A stretch of 64,000 nucleotides of DNA, taken from positions 45,074,001 to 45,138,000 of the forward strand of contig NC_043014.1 in NCBI RefSeq assembly GCF_006345805.1, read 5' to 3'. The DNA comes from Octopus sinensis (taxonomy: Eukaryota). The notes below the pieces were generated by a model. That model was given only the letters and a program-made list of their open reading frames with translations. It made no database searches and had not been told where the DNA came from. The translations under genes and the position numbers were made by a program. This document shows positions 49,100 to 61,719 of the stretch, piece by piece; the stretch's first letter is position 1; each line of letters begins with the position of its first letter.

Positions 49100-50143
49100 T
49101 TTGGTGATTTAATTAATGATTTAATTAAAGAAAGAAATCTGAAACATGGAGAAGATGATCAAGGTGATATTTTAATGTCATCTGTACATTCCTGCGGACG
49201 GAATGGTTTGGATTTGAATTTATACTCAGAATCATTCGTTAGTGATGATGAAATAGATTCTGAGTAGGAGTGAAGTAAACTCATCGTTAATCATCACATC
49301 AATACTTTCATAAGTAATTTGAGCCTCACAAAACCTTTGAGCTTAGAAGCAAAACTTGTACAGTATTTTCTTCAACTTTCCCTAAAGATATGTTGGTGAG
49401 GATAAGCAATGAGACCAAAGAATATGTACATCAATTGGGGAATGCCAGCTTCATTACATCAATAGAGGAGATATAAGTATATATTAGAATACTGTATGCA
49501 AGGACAGTGGCTGCTTTACTATTTTTAATGAATCTTGTGAATATATATGAAAACAGATTTTTATTTTGTAAATCTTCTAAATATAAGTAAAAACATCTAC
49601 TCGTAATCGACTTAACCTACCTGCATAGGTGACAGTAACACTACTATTCACTTACCACATTTCTACAATCCTAGAGCTTGTTTCAGACTTGATATGTAAA
49701 TACTAATTTAGATTATATGGTTTAAAAGTGCTACAGTGTGTTCTACCCCAAGTGTAGCAAATTGTTTCTTCTTACTTGTAATCACATCATTTCAACTTCC
49801 ATAGCACACAAATAAGCCAATTATTTGTCCTGTATACCCACTCTCCTTTAACATATAGCACATCCAGACATAAAAAGCATTCAAAAAGTAAAGTAATCTT
49901 ATTTTTGCACCTTGATGATTTACATGTAACAGCCAATTAGTAAACATCAAGAACAGATAAAAAACCACATTCTCAGTGTGGACCAACATTCATTACATCC
50001 TATCATCCAGTTTCATTTATATTGATGCTATAGTTATATTTTGTGATTTTTATAATGAACTAGCTACATTTTCATAAATATCTCAAATTTTTAACAAGAG
50101 AGATTTTACACTGGGAAATCACTATAGGTCCTTAAAAGTTAAA
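49100..50143 (+). mobile_element. piggyBac remnant: transposase N-terminal and Cys-rich C-terminal fragments plus degenerate 3' TIR
   Basis: LEAKLVQYFLQL/FPKDMLVRISNETKEY...TSIEEI*VYIRIL resembles the piggyBac transposase N-terminal region; KCYSVFYPKCSKLFL near 49726; ends ggtccttaaaagTTAA. Confidence 0.65.
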
Positions 50144-50409
50144 GTACCCAATGGGTCTTTTTTATTGGTAAAAGTGATAAGATGATACAGAGTACAATTC
50201 TTTGTTGGTTCCAAATGAGCCGATAGGAGAAGCAAAGACTGGGATGATGAGGAACAAGCTGGGTTTCTAACTGTTAAGGGCATCAAGAATGTTTAGCAAA
50301 AAATGTATAATGCTGTTCAACAATGCTACACAGAAAGAATCAGAAGGCAAATGTATTTGTGTTCAAAATGTGACACTTTTATTTATGGTTTTCAAACAAT
50401 GCTGAACAA

Positions 50410-50776
50410 ATGGTTCCGGGTTCAGTCCTACTGCGTGGCATCTTGGGAAAGTGTCTTCTGCTATAGCCCCGGTTCAACCAATGCCTTGTGAGTGGATTTG
50501 GTAGATGGAAACTGAAAGAAGCTTGTCGTATATATATATATATATATATGTGTATGTGTGTGTGTGTGTTTGTCCCCCTAGCATTGCTTGACAACCGATG
50601 CTGGTGTGCTTACGTCCCCGTCACTTAGCGGTTCGGCAAAAGAGACCGATAGAATAAGTACTGGGCTTACAAAGAATAAGTCCCGGGGTTGATTTGCTCG
50701 ACTAAAGGCGGTGCTCCAGCATGGCCACAGTCAAATGACTGAAACGAGTAAAAGAGTAAAAGAGTAAAAGAGTAAA
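50410..50776 (+). mobile_element. SINE family B, 5'-truncated
   Basis: Matches 22003-22396 from tggttccgggttca onward; (gagtaaaa)n tail. Confidence 0.9.
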
Positions 50777-51409
50777 TGCATATTGCAGGAAAATTCAGTG
50801 TGTGCAAGCAATCAAAATTTTACACCTTCAGTCAGACAAGAATAACATAGCAAGACATGAATATGTTCAGTTGCACCTACTAATTATTACAGGTTCTTTA
50901 GGTTGGAGCTGAATATTCATTTATAGTACAAAGTTGGACAACTGGTCTTGTTGAAGCAGTCAGTTTCAGCCAACAGGATAACATGATATAATAAGCCTCA
51001 TAATGGTTTTAAAGAGGAAGATGAATGAAGAAGTGGGCATAAGGATTCTGAGTTGCTAAAAAAAGCTTAACTCAGTAGTCATAGCGACTAAGAAACTGAA
51101 CAAGTAATCTTTCAGGTTCTAGATGAAACTGACAGAATGAGAAGTTCAACAATACATTGTTAACAGTCCAACGTCTTCACAGCAACTAACTCAACTTTTA
51201 GTTTTTAGATGTGCATTAGACTTGGGCAGAAGTTGTTGTTTGAATTTGCACAACGCCAACCTTAACTAGCCAGTGTCTGTCCCAAACAACTAACTTGTGC
51301 TGTAGTAAAAAAAAAAATTTATCATATCTTACTACAAATATTTCAAGTGTTATGTCAGTCTAATTATGGGTGGGTGAGGAGATTAAGGAGTATATACATT
51401 TTTTTTTTT

Positions 51410-51617
51410 ACTGCCCACAGAGGGGACAAACAAGGACAGACAAACAGATTAAGTCGTTTATACTGACCCCAGTGCTTAACTGATACTCATTTAATCAACC
51501 CCGAAAGGATGAAAGGCAAAGTCGACCTCGGCGGAATTTGAGCTCAGAACATAGCGACATGAAATACTGCTAAGCATTTCGCCCAGCCTGCTAACGTTTC
51601 TGCCAGCTCGCCGCCTT
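51410..51617 (-). mobile_element. SINE family A
   Basis: Head ends at gccagctcgccgcctt (51617); flanked by imperfect tatacat..ttttttttactgcc(c/t)acag duplicates. Confidence 0.88.
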
Positions 51618-51815
51618 ATGCTATACATATTTTTTTTACTGCCTACAGTAAGGAGTATATACAGCTTAGTAAATGTTTTTGCTTTTGTGGTGCAAGTGTC
51701 AGAACCAAGAGAAATCGTAAAAGCATTGGAATCACTGATGATTGACAATAGAGAAAGACAAGCTGAGATATATATCTTTAATATGGAGACAGAAAACAAC
51801 TGGTATTGGTTGGAG

Positions 51816-51867
51816 AATTTCAAAGAGTGATACTAACAACAAATTTCAAAGAGTGATACTAACAACA
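51816..51867 (+). repeat. 26-bp tandem duplication
   Basis: aatttcaaagagtgatactaacaaca x2. Confidence 0.9.
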
Positions 51868-52034
51868 AATAAACTGAAACAAATAGGGAAGAAATATCTG
51901 AAAGTTTTTATAGCTGGTATTCAATGGAAAAGGTGAGTAGTAAGGAGAGTGGATCTATGCAAGAACAGCCACCAGCTTTCTTGGCACCACAGATAGATAA
52001 GAAAGAGGTGAGAGATTTATGCCGCAGAGATGAA

Positions 52035-52690
52035 TAAAATGTATGGCTTGCATGCTAGAAGGATGTAGTGAGAAGTGTCAAAGTTGGACAAAGCTTCATA
52101 GATACGGGTATACAAATATGAAAACCATTCAGTAAACATCTTTCATTCTTTCTTGTAGACATTGATGGAGTTGCAATGTAAGGTGTATATTGACTATAGA
52201 GATGAAACACAAACACTTGTGTGGATCTCCAAACAGGCCCACTGCAAGTCAATAGCCTTGGGAAAGTCCAATGAAATCTTGTGGCTGCTGAAATTTGACT
52301 ACAACACTTCTTGATCTTTCTCTATTACTTGTACATTCTTCTCTCAGAGAATGGTATGTTTTTACCCATCATTTATAGTCCATTCCTAACACATAACCTA
52401 TATCAGCATAGTTGTCTCTTCTGCATGTATCAGCTGACACCATTAATTTTTGTTTTTGCTGCTCCCTCTGTTCACCTCTGCAATGATTTCAAGTAAAAAG
52501 ATGGAGCACATCCAACAGATCCCATTCTACACTTTTCTCTCCCAGCTTTCACATCTCCCGTAGTTAATATCCTTGCATCACTATACAGTAGCATACTTCT
52601 TGCAAATGTTTCCAGTCATCTACCTCTTGCATAGAAAAAGACATCCTTTGCTGTTGATGTTGTTGAACCCCATGTCAGACCTGATCTAGC
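52035..52690 (-). mobile_element. Heavily decayed CR1/L2-like RT fragment
   Basis: DFPKAID (resembles LDFSKAFD) and a preceding AFSERR-like stretch on the minus strand; many stops. Confidence 0.35.
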
Positions 52691-52741
52691 ATATTTAAAA
52701 CAAACTATCAACAAACCAATAGCATAAAAGAATATGAGATT

Positions 52742-53325
52742 TTTGTGGTTTTTGCTACTGTTTACAATTTTGTTCCAACTGTTTTCAAATTTGGTGCATG
52801 AATTAAATTTTGTATACTAATCATGAAAATAAAATTCATTTTCCCTATAAATCCATAATTAAAAAGTTATTAGCCTTTAAAATTTGCAAAATTTGGGTAT
52901 TTTAGCCAATCAGAAGCGAATATTTTGCATATCGCCATGGTGATAACTTCTATTTCCATAGTAGCAAAAAAGCACCACATGTTGCATAGTTGATTGCGAA
53001 GAAATGTTTCCATAGTAACCAAAGATGCTGCACATGCACACAAGGAGGAGAAAGAAATACAAGAAAGATCATTTATTTTATAGAATCCTAGTTTAATGTT
53101 TTGACATGCTGATCCCACCAATGATGGAAGAGGCAGTGAATGTGCTGTTTTCTGATTGGCTGAAAATTCTGAAAATTATCAAACTTTGAATACCTGTAAC
53201 ATTTTTGCAAAATTTTTCTAGAATAAATGACTAACAAATTCGGATTCAACTTCAAAAATTACATCTATGTAATACATTAAAATTTTTTATTAAAGGCAAT
53301 TGTAAACAGTGACGAAAACCACAAA
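52742..53325. repeat. Long imperfect inverted-repeat (fold-back) element
   Basis: 52742-52769 pairs with 53298-53325; 52900-52915 pairs with 53150-53166 (agccaatcagaa). Confidence 0.65.
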
Positions 53326-53563
53326 GATCCAAGAATATGTCCATGAACTGGATTGGAAAATAATAAATACATGTATAAACTTATTGGTTGCTATTATAGA
53401 TCATGTGGTTTTTGGGGGGTTTTTTCATAGTGATGGTGTATTGGGAGAAAATTATCATGAATAAAGGTGTCTGATTAATCCTGAACAAACTGGCAGTATA
53501 CCTTACTTAAATATGCTAATACACACTTTTATAAGTTTTAGTATATATATTATCTAAGTATAT

Positions 53564-54043
<480 letters not shown>

Positions 54044-55744
54044 GCATAGGTTAAACTGAGGAAAGAGTTGAGTAATATTTTCCTCTCAGATAAAGTGTTT
54101 ATCCTAATATATCAGTATACGCTTCCATTAAAAAAAACTGGCTTTCTTTTCTTTTTCCTTAGACAAAACAGATTTCTCAAAATACTGATATCTTCTTCTA
54201 CCAATAACATACATACTTATCCAAACTTCACAACAAGATAAATTGATTTGTTCTTTAAGAGCAGGAATTTTCACTGACAACTTCATCATGAAACAAAGAT
54301 CATTTAAAATTTATGTTGGATACCTGTATAAAGCCCCAGCTAACACCCAGCAATTTTTACCTTACTGTAAAGCTGTGTTTTCTACCTGTCTCTTCTATTA
54401 CTACTACAATCACTTCTGCTTCTCTGAAGTTTTTCAGGGTATCTACATCCACTTAATAATGCACCTGCTTCTCTTCTCTTCTCTCTCTCTCTCACTTCTA
54501 CTGTGAATCTATACTAAATACTTTTAGTACCGTTCTCCCTAGGACTGCTTCCGGTTGAAACTCTTTTATTGTTCATATTTTTCCCCTCTATTAAGTACAA
54601 GTTCTGTCCCAGGCAAAATATTCAATGATGCAACAATTGTTTGTAACCCCTTTGACTCACTCACTAAACTAGGACAACGAGTGCTTTGGCTTGATGTATC
54701 TCCACACAAAAGAATGGCTACTTACTAAATTTGGCAACCACAAATATATTCATTTACTTATTCAATTCTAAAAGAACAGTCTAAACTCTCAAATAATTAT
54801 ATCAAAAAGGTTTTGCACAAATGAACAAATTAAATTTAATTCACCAACTTTGCAGAAAATTAAATTTGTAATATCTCAGATGGAGACAACTCAAACCACA
54901 ATTTAATGGAGGAAGTGGGGATAAGGAATGCTCCCTGTGATATAAGGATACCAATCACCTAACAATCAACATCCTGTCTTCAACTACTCTCCTAACAATT
55001 TAAACATTAGCCACATAAATTTCATATAATTATCTTTAATCCACTGGCAGAGAAGGTCAGAAAAGGCTATGTGACACTCTACTACTATTACTACCACCAC
55101 CACCACCACCACCACCGCCAGCAAATGAAAAAGAAAGTTTCATCTATCTTCATCTTTCTCTATAGAAACTTAAGATCTTGTGTTTTATACAAAAGAAATC
55201 AATATTGCATTCAGTTGTAAATGTTTGTGAAAACTTAACTTATTTTAATAAGAAAACGTCTCATTAATATAGATGTTTAGCCTGAGAAATGTAAGTTCAT
55301 TTCTGAAATAAATTATTGTAGCTTGGTTTTCATCAATGTTCTAATGAATATTCAGCAGATCATTATCTGTAGTTAATTGATAAAAGTGGAGCAATGAATA
55401 GCAGAATTAATAGAACATTGGACAAAATGTGCTGCAGTTTTTAGTTCTATCCATTTACATCCTGACTTCAAATTCTGCCAGAGTCTTTGCATTTCATCCG
55501 TCTACAGTCAATACAAAAAGTACCAGACCAGTTCTGAAGAGCTAATTTAACTGACTGGTGCCCTTCCTCAAAGTCTGTGACCTTTTGCTATTGTAAGGAA
55601 ATCATTCTTTGATGAAAGCAATGTAGACATTTTGGGGGGTGAAAGCTCCTAAAATATTTGTTTTTCCATTTTCTTAGTGAGAGGAAAAAGAGCAGTGGCT
55701 ATAGCTAGAATATAAATATATGAAAGTAAAAACAAAGTACTGGG

Positions 55745-56140
55745 TCTTTAATCTGAATTTTATTGTTTGTTTCAGAAACTGGACTGTGACCATGCTGGGG
55801 TACTGCCTTGAAGAGCTTAATTCAACATATCGCCCCCAACATATATTTTTCTTAACTCTAGCACTTACAAGAACATAAACAAACCAACACCATTTGTCTA
55901 GTAGTTGGGGTGGGTACAAAACACAATTACAAAGACACACATGTCTGTATATATATATACATACATAATGGGCTTCTATACAGTTTCCATCAACCAAATT
56001 CACTCACAAGGCATGGTAGACCCAGAGACATAGAAGACACTTGTCAAAAATGTCATGCAGTGGGACTGAATCCCAAACCATGTGGTTGTTAGTAGATTTG
56101 GTGGTAAAGAGAGCTTTTTAACTACACAGCTATGCCTGTA
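55745..56140 (-). mobile_element. SINE family B, older copy
   Basis: Degenerate gcagtgggactgaatcccaaaccatgtggttg head and catgctggggtactgcc tail block. Confidence 0.7.
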
Positions 56141-56380
56141 CCTGAGAAGGATTCTTAAATGTAGAAAAGCATGAGTAAAGGAGGAGTTCTGGATGTACGC
56201 TGGTTGAAGTATTTATTTATTATCAGCTCAATGAAGTAAGGTAAAGCAAGCCTTTTACAATACCATTTCTTTATAAATAGAAACTCCTCACTATCTTCCA
56301 AAATTCATTTAGTGTTGAACCAATTGTAATCAGCAGTTTAATTAATTAACAATATATAACCAACACACACACACACACAA

Positions 56381-56565
56381 TGAGGGGGTTCTGAAGAGTC
56401 CCCGGCTTTAAGGGTATCATGAAAGGCCTAGTTGGAGGCCTAACCTTCAGTGTTCTTTTACAGGACTTAGTAAAACTGAAGGACCATCGCAGTAAGAGAG
56501 AGGAATATGTTGAATAAAATCATAATTAACTGACCCAAAGCTGGGAACTTTTCAGCATACCCTTG
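56381..56565 (+). mobile_element. Mariner deletion derivative (MITE-size)
   Basis: TIRs tgagggggttctgaagagtccccggcttt / aaagctgggaacttttcagcatacccttg|TA; internal ...GEYVE*-like C-terminus (gaggaatatgttgaataa). Confidence 0.75.
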
Positions 56566-56597
56566 TATATCATATTTTAGAAAAAAAGTTTATTGTT

Positions 56598-57021
56598 ATA
56601 GTGGTCATATACTGTCAACTCAATGTGACAGTCCCGTAAGGGAATTACACCACCACCATTTAGCCCTAGGAAACATCGACGTCTCCTGTCGGCTTTGACA
56701 CATTCTCTGTGTCCTTATATTTGCAATGGGGAGGCAATCACCCCCAGAAGCTGGGACAAGGCACCTGAAGACATGTTTCTGAGTGTATTGCTCATTGTCA
56801 GTTCAGGGTAGCCTGCCTCACTCGCTGAGATGACTGCAACCTCTCTGCAAATATATCATATTATCAGTAAAATTTATTTACTGATCACCGAAATTAGAAA
56901 TATTGAATTTCTAAATGTCTCAGAGAGACATGAGTGGCGGTGGAGCGATATAGTGGTCGTATACTGTCAACTCAATGTGACAGTCCCGTAAGGGAATTAC
57001 ACCACCGCCATTTAGCCCTAG
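56598..57021. repeat. 351-bp unit bounded by 72-73-bp direct repeats
   Basis: tatagtggtc(a/g)tatactgtcaactcaatgtgacagtcccgtaagggaattacaccacc(a/g)ccatttagccctag at about 56598-56669 and 56949-57021; 2 mismatches. Confidence 0.9.
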
Positions 57022-57084
57022 TTTATTGTTGTTTTAAAGAAAATGTAAAAAATTATAAGAAATTATTTATCAAACATTAATATC

Positions 57085-57283
57085 ATCATCATCATCATCA
57101 TCATTTAGCGTCCGCTTTCCATGCTAGCATGGGTTGGACAGGTCAACTGGGGTCTGTGAAGCTGGAAGGCTTCGTCAGGCCCAGTCAGATCTGGCTGGGT
57201 TTCTACGGGTGGATGCCCTTCCTAACGCCAACCACTCCGCGAGTGTAGTGGGTGTTTTTTACGTGCCACCTGCACAGGTGACA
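57085..57283 (-). mobile_element. Young RTE-type 3' region
   Basis: (atc)n-atttagcgtccgctttccatgctagcatggg...gatgcccttcctaacgccaacc; CpGs intact. Confidence 0.85.
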
Positions 57284-57527
57284 GACAGAGCTGGCAAATG
57301 GCCACGAACGGACGGTGCTTTTACGTGTCACCGGCACGGGGGCCAGCCGAGGCTGACAACGAACACGAACGAATGGTGCTTTTATGTGCCACCGACACGG
57401 GGCCAGACAGAGCTGGCAAACGGCCACGAACGGACGGTGCTTTTATGTGCCACCGACACGGGGCCAGACAGAGCTGGCAAACAGCCACGAACGGACGGTG
57501 CTTTTACGTGCCACCGACACGGGGCCA
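57284..57527. repeat. Minisatellite, 4 x 60-62 bp
   Basis: Units at 57284-345, 57346-405, 57406-466 and 57467-527, each ending ggtgctttta(c/t)gtg(c/t)caccg(a/g)cacggggcca. Confidence 0.93.
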
Positions 57528-58361
57528 GATATATAAAAAAAAATTCTACCATGCCAAATATACCTAAAGTAATCATAGTGTTATGTCAAATAATAAACCC
57601 CAAAATATCAATGTTACGTAGGCGAGAAGAAAATATTTAAGATAAGATAGAAGCGAGTCAATACCCATGGTTATTAAAAGCCATAATTACAAAGTTGATC
57701 ACTTGTACCACTTTACAAAAGAACAGTTACGAAAACTAAGCCATTAACATTCTTTTTTACTTCCAGCAGAGTTTGTTATGTTTGTGCTAGCTTGTGGACT
57801 ACTAAATTAACTGACATGTTATTTCACGCTGCTATTTACCATACATTTCTTGACTATTTTTCATAGTTTATAGCAACATCTTTCATTTCTTGTAAAACAA
57901 TATTCAGTGTACCAACCATCTATCAGTTAATTCTAAGACTGGTGTTGGACAAAACAGGATAACATTGAAGATACCCTTGAAATACCAAGAAAAATAGTAA
58001 CGCTCTTATCAACCAGCAAAAGTATATTTGAAATATATCCTTCAAGTAATCTCAATTGCTATTTGCACTCAATGGTTAAGTTTTGATAACCCCTTTGTAA
58101 TTTTATTATTTTATCTTTTGCACGGAATAATTATAATTTGCTTAAGCATCCAAAATTATCGGACCTCACTGGAAGCTGCTCGCTCGTTTTAATGTGAATA
58201 AAACCAAATCCAAAATTCTATTATTCCTAATTCATTCAAAAGTTATTTTTATGATGGCTAAAAGTGTTGTTGTTTGGCCCTGACTGAGTACGATCAAAGG
58301 CTTTCCAACTATGATTATAGATATAGGTGCAGGCATGCATATACATATATATAAATATATA

Positions 58362-58770
58362 TTTATTTTTTATTTTTTTTATTTTACTTGTTTCAGTCAT
58401 TGGACTGCGGCCATGCTGGAGCACCGCCTTTAGTCGAGCAAATCGACCCCGGGACTTATTCTTTTTTGTGTAAGCCCAGTACTTATTCTATCAGTCTCCT
58501 TTTGCCGAACTGCTAAGTGACGGGGACGTAAACACATCAGCATCGGTTGTCAAGCAATGCTAGGGGGACAAATACAGACACATAAATATATATATACACA
58601 TATATACGACAGGCTTCTTTCAGTTTCCGTCTACTAAATCTACTCACAAGGCATTGGTCGGCCCGGGGCTATAGCAGAAGACACTTGCCCAAGATGCCAC
58701 GCAGTGGGACTGAACCTGGGACCATGTGGTTGGTTAGCAAGCTACTTACCACACAGCTACTCCTGCGCCT
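58362..58770 (-). mobile_element. SINE family B, full length
   Basis: Head ends ctcctgcgcct at 58770; complete body. Confidence 0.92.
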
Positions 58771-58789
58771 ATATATATATATATACATA

Positions 58790-59005
58790 TATCGCCATGT
58801 TGATTCGCTAGCTTCTGCACGCATTTTTTTTCTCTCCTTGTTTCTTTCCGTGTTTCTTTTCTGTGTATCTTTCTGTTGAAGAGCGTAGGCTCGAAACGTA
58901 AAAGACTTGTTTTATTTATATTCCTGAGCGCCATACTAATACAATTATTTGTTTGTATTCCACCTGCCTTCATCTTTTGTTTATTTTCATAAAGCTTCCC
59001 ATTAT
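58790..59005 (+). mobile_element. Penelope-like terminal fragment between (TA)n tracts
   Basis: ttgaagagcgtaggctcgaaacgtaaaagac resembles the minimal hammerhead-like terminal motif of PLEs. Confidence 0.45.
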
Positions 59006-59017
59006 ATATATATATGT

Positions 59018-60110
59018 CTAGCAGAAATACCCGGCATTGCCAACGTTAAAAAAAATAATGAAACTTAAAAACACCATCTAGATTGCGCAGGTCTCAACTG
59101 CTAGTAGCTGAGATACCAACTTTGTATGTATGTAACTCTGCAACCCATGCCAACATGGAACATAGACGTTAAGTGACATGTGAAAAGAAAGTTTTCAACT
59201 AATATATGTATATAAAGTAAATACATGTTTGTCTAACTTATTTCGTAACCAAAAAACAGGTACAGATTATAAACAATGGAAGGCCATGCGTAAAGTACAC
59301 ACACACACACAGAGCAAATGTATCATGTTATTGTTTCACCTCAATACACATAGATGTACATTCATGCATGTCAGTCAAAAAGTGAAAATGTAGTAGTAAC
59401 ACTCAATGGTTTTACACTTTTGCACATGACATTGACCTACAATTCATGTGAGTGCTTCTTCGTATACAGTGTTTTCTGTCTTGTCATGTTTATCATTGAG
59501 AATGTGGAGGTTCTTTTCATCTCCATCTCTAGAACATCCAACATACAGCTGACCATGTGAGAAGCAAGGTTGAAGGAGGTTATGTCCAACTGCCTTTAGA
59601 GATTGACAGGAAACTGCAGTCTCTTGAACTGAAAGGGGAGATAATTTGAGATGAGAGGTATCCTTGGAATAAAGACATTCTCACCCATCATGTTGCCGTG
59701 ATGGAGAAGAGGTTTCTCAGCTGCATAAGACACTTGCACATTTGTGCCTCAGTCAGGGTGGCATCCCAGTGTGCATCATCTTCCAGAAGACCTCTGAGAT
59801 GGCAAACCTGGCAATGTTTGACATCCTGCATTATCAACCGTACGTAAGGCTTTAAATGACGTGGGTCCCTTGACATGGTGAAATAGAAGCCTTAGATAGT
59901 AGCACTCTGATTGTTGGGATGGACAACATAGACTCTACCAAGTGTGTCTGATTTCTTGATTCCAGGATGATAAATGGGTGCTCCAAATGCATGCCTTTTC
60001 CATTTGTTTTGGTACCAGGTATAGAATTGTGGACTTCATTGTATAGCAGTCTTGTAGCAAATTCATCATCTTCTCTATAGCCCCCATTCCCACTCACCAT
60101 ACCCAGTCCT
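59018..60110 (-). mobile_element. Helitron RepHel internal-deletion derivative
   Basis: Minus-strand frames give DDEFATRLLYNEV, GRLYVVHPNNQ..YYLRLLFHHVKGPTSFKALRTV, GLLEDDAHWDATLTEA..QLRNLFSI, then GENVFIPRIPL..LPFQFKRLQFPV and CFSHGQLYVGCSR..TENTVYEEALT*; 3' end ggcaatgccggg..tgCTAG. Confidence 0.9.
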
Positions 60111-60339
60111 CTGTACTACTTATATTAACCCACACTGTACTTTGTGAGCATGTTCCAACACATCTCCACCACCATCTAGCTATCTCTTTCTCCCTGTCTA
60201 TCTCTCTATTTTTCTTTCTAACTCTTATCTCTTTTCTCTTCTTTCTTTTCCAACAGGGGTGACCAAGTATTTCCTCTATAGCAAGACACCTATTTCTATT
60301 CTTCTATTATACTTTCACTTCTCAACTGGTACAAAACCA

Positions 60340-60585
60340 TTTCCCTCAATACTACTCTACCTCCCAGTTGTGGAGTCGTTGTCTTGCAAGTGACCCTGCC
60401 AGTGCTGGTGCCACGTAAAAGTATCCAGTACACTCTGTTGGCATTAGGAAAGGCATCCAGCCATAGAAACCATGCCAAAGGGGATAATGGAGCCTGGTGC
60501 AGTTCTCTGGCTTGCTAACTCCTATCAAACCAGCCAACCCATGCCAGTATGGAAAATGGACGTAAGATGATGATGATGATGATTT
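60340..60585 (+). mobile_element. RTE-type 3' region
   Basis: ttaggaaaggcatccagcc...catgccagtatggaaaatggacgtaa(gat)n. Confidence 0.8.
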
Positions 60586-60804
60586 AGCATCCATATTCCA
60601 TGTGGCTGCTTTCTTTAGTTGGTTAACTGATTTGCATAGGTAACGATATACTAAAATTATAATAATGTAGGACAATTATAACTCCCTCTCCTGAAAAAAG
60701 CTCAAAGTTTCTGGAATGCACTTCATATTATTCTTCTGTATTTTGTCAAATATGTTGCAGTAACAGTCTAGGGAGATAATTTTGAAAATATTAACATCAT
60801 ATAA

Positions 60805-61020
60805 GACAGCAAGCTGGCATAATTGTTAGCATGCCAAGCAAAATGCTTAGCAGCATTTCAGCTATCTTTACATTCTGAGTTCAAGTTCTGCCGAGGTTGA
60901 TTCTGCCTTTCATACTTTTGGGGTTGATAAAATAAGTACAACTTGAGCAGCAGAGTCAATGTAACTGACTTACCCCTCCCTTAACTTGCTGGCCTTGTGC
61001 CAAAATTTGAAACCAATATA
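60805..61020 (+). mobile_element. Older A-like SINE
   Basis: gcaagctggcat...gagttcaagttctgccgaggttgattctgcctttcat. Confidence 0.75.
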
Positions 61021-61719
61021 TTAATCTCATAACCCTTAGTTAGAAACCTAAGATTTTTCAGCAAAAATTTATAACATTTCATATATCCTGAAAATTTGTC
61101 TACATTAGTAGTAGTGTCAAAATATTTGTGAATTCAGTGCAAAAATTTTAGTAACATTTCAGGCAAAGTCAAGGTCATGATTCTTTTGAAATTGTGTACG
61201 GAAGAAAAATATCTACTACTGTGATTCCTTCTTGCTGTTAAAAATAATTGCAATGAGATATAGGTCAGAGGCAATGGAATCTAGTTGAAAGCATATGGAA
61301 TTGAATGTGTTTAGTTTACATATGTTCCAAATGCAATGGTAAGCAAACAGATCAATAACTATGCTTTCCTGAACGCATCTTGCTGTTAAATAATATATTA
61401 AAGTGACTAGAATTAATAAACATTTGCAGAAGAAACAAATTAACTACTTAGAGAAATCAGAATATTTGAAACTTGATCATGAACTTTCCTTTAAAGTAGG
61501 TATTAAATTTATAGATATATTTCATACAGTAATCAAAATATGGCATATATGAACTACACCTTATATAATTTTTATAATAATTATACATGCACAACAAATT
61601 TCCTTCTTTTATTTAGTTGAAACAAAGAAAGATTTTTCCACTCTCCCAAAGTACAACTATATACATGCATGCACACACACATACACACACACGCGTGCGT
61701 GCATACACACATTATTATT

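Noticed and set aside
56660-56780. Type-II hammerhead reading (GAAAC..GTC..CTGAAGA)
   Set aside because: Stem II does not pair (ctag vs catg) and stem I needs a 3-nt bulge next to the core; kept only as part of the unclassified structured repeat.
56934-57011. Twister or HDV-like ribozyme reading
   Set aside because: It lacks the twister L4/P4 arrangement and the HDV nested pseudoknot order when threaded by hand.
57284-57527. CRISPR-like repeat array
   Set aside because: The units are whole tandem copies without unique spacers, there are no cas genes, and the context is eukaryotic.
57134-57640. 168-aa ORF, the longest in the track
   Set aside because: It stays open only because it crosses a GC-rich 61-bp minisatellite and an antisense RTE tail, and it starts at a non-ATG codon.
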